Assembly: GCF_038025025.1 (NCBI RefSeq)
Contig: NW_027117348.1
Location: 620,001 to 684,000, forward strand
Direction of reading: 5' to 3'
DNA length: 64,000 nt
Origin: Phyllosticta citribraziliensis
Lineage: Eukaryota
Shown: one piece after another, positions 23,790-36,799 of the stretch
Layout: each line of letters opens with the position of its first letter
Position numbering within the stretch: the first letter of the stretch is position 1
The notes under the pieces: model-generated
Seen by the model: only the letters and a program-made list of their open reading frames with translations
Told to the model about the DNA's origin: nothing
Database searches by the model: none
Position numbers and translations under genes: made by a program

Positions 23790-24935
23790 ATGACGTCCAC
23801 CACGCACTACCCTTTCGCGGCGGCGCCCGACATCATCCGCTCGCACCAAAAAGATGCCTACTTCTCCGCCGTGCTGCTCGAGCAGCTGTCGGCGCTGCTC
23901 CGCAAGCTGCGCGGCGTCCGTGTCGCGCACGCCTGGACCACCGAGACCAAGACGGTCGCCGAGCTGCTGTACCTGGGCCTGACGACCTTCATCGGCAATC
24001 GCACCCTCGGCGAGGAGTACTGCGACATCGTCCAGGTTGAGGACGACACGCTGCGTCTGCCGAGCGTGGCGAGACGCGCGGCGTACATCGTCGCCAGCGT
24101 GCTCGTGCCGTACGGACTCGGGCGTATACTGCCGGCGTTGAGGAGGAGGGTCAGGGCGAAATTGGAAGCAAGACTGCGGCGGGCGGCGAAGAAGAATGCA
24201 AATGGCAATTTGAAAGAGAAGGATGGCAAAGACCAGAACAACAGCATGTCGCTGCGTCTGCAAAAGTACCTCCTCGCCAACCTCGACACCATCACGTCGC
24301 CGGCGCCCGTCTACGCCGTCAGCCTGGCCGTGTTCTACTTTTCCGGCGCCTACTACGAGATCGGCAAGCGGCTGGTTGGGTTGCGCTACGTCTTCACGCG
24401 GCGCATCGACGACGCGCCCGGCGAGCAGCGCGTGGGCTACGAGGTCCTCGGCGTGCTGCTCGTGCTGCAGCTCGCCGTCCAAGGCTACCTACACGTCCAC
24501 AACTCGCTCGTCAGCGTCGCCAATGCGGGCGCGGCCGTCGGCGGCACGGCCGTCCTCGATCACGGCGTCGAAGTCAGCCTCAACGCGGCCGACTACAGCG
24601 CCAACAACGCGCTGCTGTTCGAGACGACCAACGGCGGCTCCTCGTCCTCGTCGTCCGCGGAGCAGCAGACCCGCCGCATCGCGTCGGCGACGAGCACGCC
24701 CGTCCTCAAGACCCCCCGCTACGACCTCGCCAACGCAGACACCATGGCGTGGATCCCTGCCCGCCAGCAGCGCAAGTGCACACTTTGTCTGGAGGAGATG
24801 AAGGATCCGGCCGTCACGACGTGCGGGCACGTCTTTTGCTGGGGCTGCATCGGCGACTGGTGCCGTGAGCGGCCGGACTGTCCGCTTTGTCGGCAGAGTT
24901 GTCTTGCGCAGCATGTGCTGCCTTTGAGGTGCTAG
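23790..24935 (+). CDS. PEX10: Peroxin Pex10, RING E3 ligase, intronless
   Basis: YPFAAAPDIIRSHQKD, GNRTLGEEYCDI, C-terminal RING CTLCLE..CGHVFCWGC..CPLCRQ. Confidence 0.96.
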   Translation: MTSTTHYPFAAAPDIIRSHQKDAYFSAVLLEQLSALLRKLRGVRVAHAWTTETKTVAELLYLGLTTFIGNRTLGEEYCDIVQVEDDTLRLPSVARRAAYIVASVLVPYGLGRILPALRRRVRAKLEARLRRAAKKNANGNLKEKDGKDQNNSMSLRLQKYLLANLDTITSPAPVYAVSLAVFYFSGAYYEIGKRLVGLRYVFTRRIDDAPGEQRVGYEVLGVLLVLQLAVQGYLHVHNSLVSVANAGAAVGGTAVLDHGVEVSLNAADYSANNALLFETTNGGSSSSSSAEQQTRRIASATSTPVLKTPRYDLANADTMAWIPARQQRKCTLCLEEMKDPAVTTCGHVFCWGCIGDWCRERPDCPLCRQSCLAQHVLPLRC

Positions 24936-26474
24936 GGAGCTTTTACTGGTCGGGTGAGACTGTGGAGACTGCTGAGAGGAGAAGAACAAGACACATGAAA
25001 TGTCTGGAGAGCATTGTGGTAAGCCTCAACCTGGTTGGCATGTTCGCGAGCGTCAGACGCGCCGTGCCGTGAGTGCCGTGAGTGCCGCGAGAATCGTCGC
25101 TCGCAGCCTCTCCTCGCCCGGAAGGCCCTCGCTCCACTGCTACTCTCCCTCCTCTCATCCCACCCACAACGACAGAAGCGAAGTCCATCAGCACTCCAAC
25201 AACGCCAATCCACTACACTGCGTAGAAAATTCTCGTCCTCAGCACCGAATACCCCGAATACCCAGGAGATCCACTGACCCTCCCCCGCCAACGCAAGGAC
25301 TCGTTCCTCATCGACGAACCATGAAAGAAAAGGGGCAAGTCGGCTCGGCCTGCTTGGACCGACGACTCATATCGGCGCTAACACGCCACGCCATGTGTAT
25401 GCGCGCGTCTATCTATCCGATGCACCCACCCACCCATCCATCCACCCACCCATCCGTCCATGAACCCATGCTTATCTACTGCGCTGGCTAAGAACAAAGG
25501 ACGAGAATACGAGGTTGGGCGGATACGGCGTATCCGCATTCTCTAGTTTGCGTATACTTGCGTATCATGAGGTTTGCGATTGGACGGAGGGCCGCCCCGG
25601 AAGCTTGTATGCATGCAGGTAGCTCAGTCGGGCGGTTTTTGCGCGTGGGAAAGGTCAGGCAAGGGGTACCCTGGACCCTTTACTCTTTGTGGCTGCCTCG
25701 ACGCGATTTTTGTCCACTCCTGACTTGACTCAATGCACGTACGGCGGTACCGTACCATACCTACCTGATGGTCGGAATTGCTCGTTGGTGCTGTCAAGGG
25801 GTGGTTTGGGATGGGATGTTGTTCGTTCAATGTGCCTGGCTGGCAGGCAAGCCGACATAGCGAGGCATCAATCAATCAATAAACGCAGTCCCTACTCTGC
25901 CGTGCTGCCGTACTGTGAGCGAAACGCAGTAAAAGAAAGACTCAAACAACAACACCTTGGGAACGAGCCTACACATCTAAAAAGGACATGCATGCACTAG
26001 CATTAACCAACCAACTCGTGGCATCCTTGCTTGCTTCACTTTTCCGTCTTCGACTGCCGCCATCGCGTCAGCTCCTCTGCCTCTCTTCGTCTTCACTTCT
26101 CGTCTCGCGACTTCTCTCAGTGCGTCGCGTTGAGAAGACAATGAAAGGCCTCCCTTTCTTGTACCTGCATGCCTCCCATGGCCAACACCACCGCCGCATC
26201 TATTCGTTCGGCTGTTAGGGCTGGCTGCTCCTTTTGAAGCATCTACCTGGGTAGGCATCTAGTGGTGTGAGTGGTGTGAATAAGGCAAGGTTGCATGCGT
26301 GGCACACGCGTGCAGTCAAAGAACACCAAACAGAACAACATGACAGAATCAAAGAACAATCGAAGCAGAATATATTACTAGGTAGGTAGATGAACGCACC
26401 AACCGTCTCCCAACCCGTCTTTTCTCACTCTCCCATCTCCCCTCCCCTCCATTCATACAACACACACAACAACC

Positions 26475-29400
26475 TTACAACACCCGCCCCGCAACACTCG
26501 ACTCACTCCTATCCTTAGTCTGCACCTTCCTCAACCCCCTACCCGCCTGAATCTGTCCCAGCAACGCGCCGCGATCGCCCGCGCCGGCCGGCGGCGCCGC
26601 CGGCGGCCCATTGCTCGAAGCGGCGGGCATGGGCGGGGGAGGCGGCGGGGCAGCAGGGGCACCCGCACCAGGCATGGGGGGAGGAGGCGGCGGAGGTGCG
26701 CCAGGTGCGCCAGCGCCGGGCATCGGGGGCGGAGGCGGCGGAGCAGGAGGCGCGGCGGCGGACGGCGAGCCAGCGGTGCCCGCGGCGGGGCTCTGGACGC
26801 GCGAGCCGGGGCCGCCCGTGCCCGTGGGCGAGTCCTTGTTGTCCATGGACGACAGAGGGCGAGGGGGTCCCATGGTGCCGAAGAGGATCGAGGCGAGCTG
26901 TTTGGCGGAGCCGCCGCCGGGGCGCTCATCGTCGGACGAGTCCGAGTCCGAGTCCGAGTCGACGACGGACCAGTCGTCTTCTTCGGCGGCTGGACGAGCG
27001 CGGGTGCGGGCGGGCGCGGCAGCGGGCTCGGGGAGAGCTTGCTTGTTGGAGCTGTCTTGCTGGGCCAGACGGTGGAAGGGGTTGGTCGAGACCTCGGTCG
27101 AGGACGCAGGGGTCGAGATGGTAGGAACAGGGGGCGCAGCGGGGGCGCTGGGCTCGCTGGCGGATGACTGAGCCATCTTGCGGAGGAAGGGGTTCTTGGT
27201 CTCTTCGTGGTTGACTGCACCAGGGCTCGTTACTGCAGATGCCTGGGGGCTTGTGACAGACGACGGCGGAGTTGCTTGACGCGCAGACGTGTTGACGGCC
27301 GGTTGGGGCATTGGTGGAGCTGGAGGAGGCGCTGCTTGTTCTGTTGGCAGTTCCTGGCTGGCAGTGGGAGTCGTCTCCTGCGGCGTAATTTCATTAGGAC
27401 CTTCGTCGTCGGACGAAGACGACTCGTCGTCACCCATGCCCTGGAGCTGAAGCTGAAGCTGCCTCTCGCGTTCCTTGGCGGCTTCAATTTCAGCACGCTG
27501 AGCGGCGAGACGGGATTCTCTCTCCTTGGCCTCACGTTGGGCCTCCTTCTTTTTGCGCTTCTCCTCCTCCTTCTTGAGCTTGCCCTGCTTGACCTGCTCT
27601 TCGAGCGCACGCAAGCGTTCTTGCGCAGCCTCGCGTTCTCTTGCCATTGTCTGCTCCTGTCGCCTCTCCTCATCCCTGCAAAAGTCAGCAACGTACTTGG
27701 TGAAGAAGAATTTACATACTCGAGCTCCTTGGTCTCGGCCTCTTGGGCTTCCTGCTGCTCACGCAGAGCCTGCTCGGCCCTCTTGGTATCCTCATCCACG
27801 GCATCTGGCTTGGCCGCCTTGCGCGAAGGTGGCGCCGGCGGCGGTTTCTTGCCGGCAGGCTTCGTGGCGGGGGGAGGAACACCTTGCTCGTCTTGCAACC
27901 TACGCTGCCTTTCCGCCTCGCGGCGAGCATCCTCCTCTTCTGCCTTGCGGCGCTTGTCTTCTCTCTCCTGCTGTTCGCGCTCTGCCCGCTGCTGCGGCGT
28001 CTCGCCCGTCTTGACTGGAGCACGCAGACCGAGCGCGGCCAGACGCTCAGCCATACGCTGCTCAGCCTGCTGCTTGATAAAGGCCGCGCGCTCCTCGGCC
28101 GTCTTGTACGACGAGTACGACACACCGCCGGACGAAGAAGCCGGACGAGCAGTCTCCTCGCGCGGCGGCTCAAGTGTTCTCGCACTGCTTGGTCTAGCAG
28201 GCTCCTCAAAGCGAGGTGCTTCGCGGGGCCTTTCTCTACCCCTGTCTTCCTTGCGGACTCTTGCAGAGCGACTCTGCCTCTGCAGATCATAGATGAATTC
28301 CTTGACCTCATCCTCAACACCGAGGCCATCCTCCCACCTGCGACGCTCGTGCTCAGTGGTGTCTCCCGAAGTGCCCTCCTTGAGACTAGCCTCGAGCGAC
28401 TTGCTAAACTCGGTGACGCTCTCCTCAACGTCCTGGACCATGCGCTCATTGTTTTCTTTCTCGGTGCGGATGCGTTGAGTCTCTTCCTCGAGACGCTTTG
28501 CGGCATCGCCCGAATCGTCAGCGGAAGCTGGAGCCGGCTTGCCCGTCAGAGCGGCCGAACGAGCTTGCATCATGGCCTTGGCGCGTGCCTTGAGGCGGTC
28601 AGACTCGGTGATGGCGCCACCAGGACCGGTTCCAACAATTGAACCAGCTGATCCAGGGTGCTCCTTTGCGTCCTTGAGACGGAAAAGCTCCATCTTGGCA
28701 TCGGCAATAGCACGCTCAGTCTTGCGTACATGCGAAGCAAGCTCGGGCAAGCGGTCAGTGAGACGACGAAGCTCGCGTGAAAGTGCCCTTCTCTCCGCAT
28801 CAGAGCCTCCACCAAGGACATGTGCACTGGGATGGCTGTCAATGTCTTCTTGAATGTTCCTGATACGGCGGTACAAGTCTTCAGCGTCCCTGCGATCCTT
28901 GCGATCCAACACCTCGTCTTGCTCAGCCTGGTTCTCGTCCCGAAAGTCCATAGCATCGAGGAGAACCTGCTTTTCTTTAATCTCCTTCTTCAGCTGGTCG
29001 ATCGACTTTTCGCCAAAAGAGCTGTCTGATGCCGGCGAGGAAGGCTGAGCAGGCGATGGCGAGCGACCCCCATTGCCAATGCGTCGGCGAGCGCTCGACC
29101 TGTAGCCAACTTCCTCATCGTTGAACTTGTAGACCGTAGCATCCTTGCGGCCGTCCGAGACCGGGCTAGCACCGCGGAAAGAGTGAGACTTGAGGTAGCT
29201 GACACCAGTCCTTTGGGGTTGGAGGAAAGCAGAAGATCCCTTGCGTTCCTCGGCGTCTCGCGAAATGAGACCCTTCATGGTGCTGATAGAGTCGTTCAAG
29301 TTCCTCGTCGAAGGAGGAATAAGCTCCGGAGGAAGCCTATTTGGCACGGGGTAGCCATTGAGGCGACGGTAAATCAAGTGCATGGCTACCGCAAACTCAT

Positions 29401-31012
29401 CCATGTTCAGGCGACCCCTGTCGTTGGAGTCGGCAAGCGTCCAAATCTTTTCAAGATCCTGCTTGTCCAGACCGCTTTGACCAAAGATTTCAATGGCTTG
29501 TTCACCAGTAATGTATCCCTTGCCAAAACCATCCCACGCCTTGAACAGGTCGTCGTAGATCTTCTTTTCATCCTTGGTGACAGCCCAGGGTACAACTGCG
29601 TTTCCGCGAAGTCCTGTGGAGCTAAAGCCACCTTCTCGTCCCGGCTGAGGCATCATCTGTTGCCTAAGATTCTGGATGTTGGGAAGACCAGTGGCGGGAG
29701 TGTTGACGAGACCCCACTGTCCAGGCATGCCGGTGGGCTGCGCGTTCAGAGGGGCTGCCATTCCGAATCCAGTTGGTTGAGGCTGCAGTCCAGTGGGAAT
29801 GGGAGGGACGGGCGGAATCGTCGAGTTGTTCTGGTTCATGCCAAATCCAGTAGGCTGGGGTTGGAGGCCTTGTTGGCCAGGGAAGCCCGTCATTTGCGGC
29901 TGCAAACCACCTGGTTGTTGCAGGCCAGTCGGCTGAGGTTGAAAGCCCGTGGGCTGAGGCTGGAAGCCCGTCGGCTGCGGTTGGAAGCCAGTGGGTTGCG
30001 GTTGGAAGCCAGTGGGTTGCGATTGCAAGCTGGAAAGTAGCTGCGAATTCGAGGGCTGCTGTGGTTGAGGCGCCTGTATCGTGGGGACGGACGGTTTGGG
30101 AGCCCCGTTATCTGCTACGTTGAACGAAATTATGTCCACCATGCTCGAAACCTCGTTCCTGATGCGTTCCGGAAGATCGTGCGGCAGGTCCTTGCCAACC
30201 ATCTTGAGGTTGCAGAGATACATGGCCAGGGCAAACTCGGGAAACAGAAGCTGGCCCGATTTGGTCGTGTCCGCCAGCGTCCTATGACAGTCAACATCCA
30301 GCGCCGTCTCTCAAACACACAATTCTTACCAAATCTGCGCCAATGCATCGCCGTTGAGCTTCGAACGCAGCAAAATATCCCTGGCCTGCTCTCCGTTCAT
30401 GGCCTGTCCATTTCCAACCGCAGACTTGAACAGCTGCTCAAACTTGGCCTGATCCTGAGCCGTGATGAAGCTCAGTCTGATGCTCGGAATCTTGGAGCTG
30501 GCAGTCGAGGGCTGTGGAGCCTGAGGTTGCGAACCAGGCCCTCGAAAAGAGTCGGCCATTTGTGACGACGTCATGCCGGTAGGTTGGGGTTGCTGGGGCT
30601 GTGCCGGCGGCGGCGGAGGTTGCTGCTGCTGCGGCTGCTGGAAGCCCGTCGGCTGAGGTTGGAAGCCTGTCGGCTGGGGCTGCTGCTGGAATTGCTGCTG
30701 CGGCTGTCCGGGAAAGCCGGTATACTGAGGTTGAAGCTGTTGCGGCGGTTGCTGCTGCTGGAAGCCCGATTGCTGTTGCTGGAAGCCCGTGGGTTGGGGC
30801 TGGAAGCCCGTAGGCTGCGGTTGCTGCTGGCCTGGGTATCCGGTGAATTGGGGTTGCAGAGGAGCACCTCCAAAGCCCGTGGGCTGGGGTTGGAGACCAC
30901 CGAAGCCGCCCATGGGCTGTTGTTGCTGGCCATATTGCTGCTGCTGAGGCTGGCCTGGACCGCCGCGAGCGGAGTTGGCTCCCCCTAAAAAGGAACTTGA
31001 GCCCGAGAACAT
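26475..31012 (-). CDS. PAN1: Actin/endocytosis scaffold Pan1 (EH domains, QPTG repeats, coiled coil, Pro-rich and WH2 tail); introns 30329-30282 and 27719-27676
   Basis: [22 protein letters not shown] (EH1), [12 protein letters not shown] (EH2), NPF motifs, terminal [21 protein letters not shown]. Confidence 0.96.
29920..30020 (-). repeat. Coding 21-nt tandem repeat (QPTGFQP)n within PAN1; similar degenerate repeats at ~30570-30900
   Basis: Repeated ggaagcc(a/c)gt(g/c)gg(c/t)tg(c/a)gg(t/c)t units. Confidence 0.9.
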
Positions 31013-31292
31013 GGCGGGGGAGTGGGCGCGAGAGGTCTCGCGCGGGTGGAGGTTGGATCAAGGTTGAAGGAGGGGGTCGCGTGTAACGCAAGGAAAGGAG
31101 TGGATGTGGTGTCGAGAAGCACGGAGCTGGAGATGGTGGAGGGTGAGGTGTTGGTAGCCCACCGCAGGCAGGTGGGCCGCCGGGATGCTTGGGTCAGCGA
31201 ATCGAATCTCCGTGCGGCGCGCCGTCGTCATCGCCTGGCTCTCTCCGACCTAACCTTAACCCACCTCAAACCTCGCCCAAACACCATCCGAC

Positions 31293-31618
31293 ATGGCCGC
31301 CCAGCAGAACGGACACGGCCAGAAAAAGCCCTCGGGCGACACCGACCTGGCCCAGGTATTTCTCCATGTATCGTCGACGATTCAGAAGACTCATGGCGCC
31401 TTGTCCAGGCATTCCAAGACCTTGCCCGAGGCGAGCAAACGGCCGCGGCACTGGAAACCCATCTCGACAAGATTGAGAAACAAATTGAAGCGCTCCTGGC
31501 CGCCGCAGACGAAGCTCGAGAATCTCCAAAGCAGCAAGGAGACGCCAGTGGATCGTCACAGGGCGGTCAAGGCTCGAGTAACCCCGAAGCAAACCAGGGT
31601 CCCAACAGCTTCGACTAG
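31293..31618 (+). CDS. Small (~90 aa) coiled-coil protein of unknown function; intron 31356-31408
   Basis: Spliced DLAQ|AFQDLARGEQTAAALETHLDKIEKQIEALLAAA, heptad pattern; canonical GT..CAG splice in frame. Confidence 0.75.
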
Positions 31619-31844
31619 CAGTGGACGTTGGACGCAAAGATACCCTTTTCCCTTCTACCTGTCATCGCAATTTCTACTTTCCCTGTTGAGACGGAAATCC
31701 TGTCTAGAGAGTCGCACCATCTTCAGACTGCCCAGCTCGAATGCCTGGTGTTTAAGCTCTCTACAAGTTCAAGACGATCGTCATTCACGACCGCATTCGC
31801 TAAGCAATTTCGAAATGAAAGCCTTCTTCAATACTCTCCGCTGT

Positions 31845-33053
31845 CTACTGATTGAACACCTTTTCCATCCTGAAAACGCCGTCAGCATCCTTTTCCACCA
31901 CGCCCACCTCGGTGATGACGCCGTCAATCAACTCCGCCGGCGTAACGTCGAAAGCCGGATTCCACACATCAATGCCCTCGGCCGCCGTGCTCACCGTCTC
32001 GACCTGCTCCAAGTCGAGCTTGCCAGCATCAAACCTCGGGCCCTTGGCCAGCGTCACCTCCTGCGGCGCGCGCTGCTCAATGACAATGTCGTCGCCCGAC
32101 TTGGTCTGCAGATCGACGGTGGTGCGCGGCGCGGCAACCAGGAACTTGACGCCATGATGGCGCGCGTTGATGGCGAGCGCGTACGTGCCAATCTTGTTTG
32201 CCGTGTCGCCATTAGCGGCAACGCGGTCTGCGCCGACGACGATGGCGGCAATGTTTTGCTCGGGGCCCTTGAGCTTGAGCAGTGCCGCCGCCATGGAGTC
32301 GGTGATCAAGGTCGACGGGATGGAGTCATGGACGAGCTCGTAGGCCGTCAAGCGTGAGCCTTGGTTGTAGGGCCGCGTCTCGGTGCAAAAGGCGTGTTGG
32401 AGGTCGCCAGCGGCGTGGAGCGAGCGGATCACGCCCAGCGCGGTGCCATAGCCGGCCGTGGCCAGGGAGCTGTCAAGCCGTCCGTCAGCTGCTCTCTGGT
32501 CCCCTCAAGTCGCAGCCAGTACATACCCAGTGTTGCAGTGCGTGACGACGCTGACCTTGCCTTTGCTGCCCGCTTGCGTCTTTTCCTTGATCCACCGCGC
32601 GCCGTGTGCCCCAATGGCCTCATTATCGCTGACATCGTCGACCAGCATTTTCTCAGCAGCCTTGACGTATGCCTCTTTGACGCTCTCGCCCGTTGCGCCG
32701 TCGCGCGCCGCCTCGGTTTCGACCACGCTCTTCAGCTTCCTCGCCGCGTCGGCCAAGTTCACAGCGGTCGGGCGGCTCGTCACCAGGTACGCCAGCTTCT
32801 CGTCGACAAAGGCTGCAACTTCAATGGCGGCGGCAGAAAGTTCGCTGCGCGCCGCCAGACCGTCGAGCTCGACAGCCAATGACAGGGCCGCGACAATGGC
32901 GATGGCAGGCGCACCGCGCGTCCGCATGGCCTTGATCGCATGCCAGGCGTCGGTAGATGTGGCAATCGGGTCATATACGGTGGCGTGCGGCAGCTTGAGC
33001 TGGTCGAGGATGGACAGCGTGCCCCGCGTGTACTTGATGGCTTCGAGGACCAT
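31845..33053 (-). CDS. MRI1: Methylthioribose-1-phosphate isomerase; intron 32526-32470
   Basis: [83 protein letters not shown]. Confidence 0.97.
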
Positions 33054-34750
33054 GATGGTGGAGGGCGGGAGCGGTCGGTTGCGACGGACGGCGGAGGCTG
33101 GTGCTCGGGTACCTTGCAGGGCAGCAAAGGGGCGCGGACAGGTCGCAGAGGAGACGAGAAACTTGTCGTCCTGAAATGTCGAGGTTGGAAGAGAGTCTAC
33201 GATGGCGTGCGCCGCAGAGTCGAGTGGAACTTTTGAGCGGAGCTTGGGCCGCATCTTCTCCGCGCATCCCGTCGAGCACGGCAGCGCCACAACGACCTGA
33301 GGTGAAGAGCCCCGCGCCCACCACCACTGCGACGCCACCCCGCCACGTTTGCAGTGTTTGCAGCCCAGACATACAACCCAACCACCAACCACCACGACCC
33401 TTTTGATCTCGCCCGTGCCTGGCAGCGGTGGCGCCCATGTGGCAAATTGCCCGACCTTTCTATTCCAGACGCAACACAACGCCTGACAATCTCTGCACTT
33501 ACTGCTGACCTTACCTCAGGCACCGCACGCAGTCCGCGAACATGACGAGCACGCGGACCGCGCCTCGACGCGTCAGTTCTGGTCCAGCGTGCCCAACGCG
33601 ACTCATCCATCACATCTGGAAGGATGCGCCGCGCCTCTAGACCGGAAAACCACTTGCGCCGCGGCGCCGCCACCACCGACCAACTCGTCTCCCTCCATCA
33701 TCATGTCGGCGACCAGCAGCTGCCTGACTTTGTGACCGGACGACTGTGACCAAGTCAGATGCCCGTCCATCCCGCCTTCGCCTCTGCCCGCCTCCATTTT
33801 GTTCAGCTCGCGCACACCTGGGTATCCACTTACGCCCGTACTCCATGTCTTTTTGCAGGCTGCCTGTGGTGGGTAGGTAAGTAGCTACCAAACTTGTGTT
33901 TCGTCTCACGTTTTCACGGCCTCCCCGCTCGCCGGCGGAGACGTGAGACTGGCGCAGAGTTTGAGCAGCCGAAGACAGTTGAGGACGCTGCTGTTTTGTG
34001 ATTTGCCTTGAGTTTCGTTCGGTGTCCGCTCGTCGTCCCTCGGTCCATTTGCAGTGCACTGGCCGGAAGCAATGTGGTCTGATCAAGGGGTAGACTTCTT
34101 CTCCCAGATCAGTCGTCTGGCAGTGGTTGTTGCCTCGTTGACATGTATGCAAAGAAACAAGGAAGTGTTCGAGAGCCGTTTTGATGGGAGAAGTTGTTGG
34201 GCAAATCTTGAGTTAATTTGAGAGCTTCTATGTAGAGTAATGTGGTAAAGGAGTACAGCCATCCTCTCGCGTGCAGCAGAAGAGGGAGAGAAATAGCGCC
34301 GACGACCCCAAGCCCCTCTTTTTGACAACGACAAACTACCGCAATCCCATCCAACGACAGTCCGAACACACAGACTGACAACGAGTCCATCTCCTACATT
34401 CCATATTCACAGACAACCTCTTCCCCAAACCAAACAGCCAGTCTAGCGATGATACAAAACTGCTCCCAACTCTCTCCAGTCTTTCTTTCCGTCTTTATAC
34501 ATCACTCATTCGCACCCGCGTTAAACATTAGACATCTCAGATGTGTGAAGGGGATGAGGAAACAAGCGGGCCACAACAACCATCAAACAACGAGCTCATC
34601 TCTCACCAATAGATAGGACCCTTGCGAATCCCGTAAGCTGACACCAAAAGTCTTTGGACCAAACACTCGCGAGAGCAGAAACAAAACGCCGGTCATATGC
34701 ATCGTTCGCGAGAAAAATAATTTAGATCAGAGGATTGCCGAGCGCGCAGG

Positions 34751-36799
34751 TCAATCTCTCATGGCAATGGCGCCGTTGACGCCCAGGTTGACGCGCTTGC
34801 GCAGCCCCGAGTCAATCTGGTCGACGACGACTCCCGACGTGAAGGTGCCCCACGCCGTGCACGTGTTCTTGATGGCGTCGGGGATCTGGAGCGCCTGGAT
34901 CGCGGCCGGGTTCTCGAGCGCCAGCAGGTTGAAGCCTGCGCTGTTGTGCCAGGACTGCGGAGGTCCAACGTTAGCAAGTCACGTCCTCCTAAATGAGAGG
35001 GGACAGAATGGGAGGAAGCTTACAATGTGGCAATGGAACGGGTTGATCTGCGCGTGGTCCAGGTTGTACTGAATCACAATGTACGAGGGCACGCCGTCCG
35101 TTCCGCCCTGCACAATCTGCGTGTCACGCAGCTGGGGGTTCTGCGGGTTCACCACGGTCCCATCCCAGTGTCCCTTGCCCTCAGCGAGCACCCAGAAATC
35201 ATGACCGTGTAAATGCATCGGATGCGGCATTGCGTTGTGGTTGTAGACGACGAGGCGGACGGAGGAGTTGGTGCCGTAGTTGTGGACGTTGGCGTCGGGG
35301 GGGAAGCTAAAGTCGCCCTCGTTTGCCTGCAGCAGCAGCGCCGTGTTGTAGTCGGCGCGGAAGGTGGCGCCGCCAAAGTAGAAGAGGTTGTGCGTGCCGT
35401 TGTTGAGGGCTTGGATGGGCACGTCGACGGTCATGTCCGGGGTCGGCGGCGCGCTGGGGTTGAGGGGGGTCGTCTGCGACAGGGGGTCGTTGCCACAATC
35501 CGTCTGCATGGAATCCGGCTGGGCAGTCGACGTGGGCACGCTCGAGGTGTCGGCGCTCTCGTAGTAGATGATGCCGAAGGCTGTCTGAGCATTGGGGTTG
35601 TTGTCGTTGCATCCGCCTGCCTTGCGACCCGGTCCAATGTTGGACCGCACCCAGAATGCACCGTCAGAGCCTTGGTTCGCGGTGACAATGACATCGGTGC
35701 GCTGGCCAACGCCAATCGTCACAGCAGTGGCGGTATACGGGTTGATGGGAATGTAGTCGTTGGCAATGACCGTCATGGTGTGCCCGTCAATCGAAAACGT
35801 CTGCGTTGCGTCCGAGCCAGAGTTGATCAAGCGGATACGGTACGAAGTACCAGACTGGAACTTGAACTTGGGGACGCCGGCATTGGGAGTGCAAGGCAGG
35901 TCAGTCTGAGAGCAGTCAAAGGTGCCCATTCCATTCATGATGTTGTTGTCCGAGACTGGAGGAGGAACGTGCTGAACGGCAGGAGCCATCGTCTGCTCCA
36001 CCAAGTCGTAGTAAGACTGGTGGTACCAGTCGGAGAGCATGATTGGGCCGAGGTCGACATCGTACTGCGTGTTCTGCGTGGTGTTTGGCCCGTAGATGAT
36101 CATAGGTCCCACGGCGCCCCCAGAATATTGAGCGGAATAGTGACTGTGATACCAGGACGTGCCGTACTGATCCGCTCGGAACAGGTAGGTCAGGCTTTGA
36201 CCGGGAACAATCGGACATTGCGTCACACCGGGCACGCCGTCCATCCACGGCGTCTCCTTTTGCAAAATGCCGTGCCAATGAACGGATGTTCCTTCGTTCT
36301 TGGCACCCAGTTCGTTGTGGACGGTAACTGAAATCCAATCACCCCTGGGACGTGTCAGAAGGCGACTACCGTACGAGAGGCTAGTCAACTCACCAGTTGG
36401 CTTCTATCAGCGGACCCGGGTATTGTCCATTGAAGACGATGCCTTCTCTTTGCACTCCATCAGGGGCAATGTTTTGGTAAGAGACGGTCAGGTCGTAGTA
36501 GCGCGTCACGCCCGTGTCGGGCATATCGTTGTAGTCGACACCTCTGGCCATGAGCCTCGACCCAGCTTCGCCGTCGAGGTGGGATGGCAGGTGCGGCGCG
36601 TTAAACGTGCCAAGAAGACTGCCGCCTGGAGCCAAATCAGTTTCGAATTCCACGAGGTCCTGAACGTAAGTGACGTACCGTTTATGTCTGCAGAAGACAG
36701 ACCCGCATCAGTCTTGCCGACTGCAGACCACAGCTCTGGACCACCAGCGGCATGGCTTGCAGCCAGACTGCGCACCACTGACCGGGCAAGAAACGACAT
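34751..36799 (-). CDS. Laccase / multicopper oxidase (AA1); introns 36678-36626, 36393-36345, 35023-34955
   Basis: Copper-binding motifs HWHG, WYHSH, HPMHLHGH, HCHI|SWH; C-terminal IDSGL. Confidence 0.94.
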
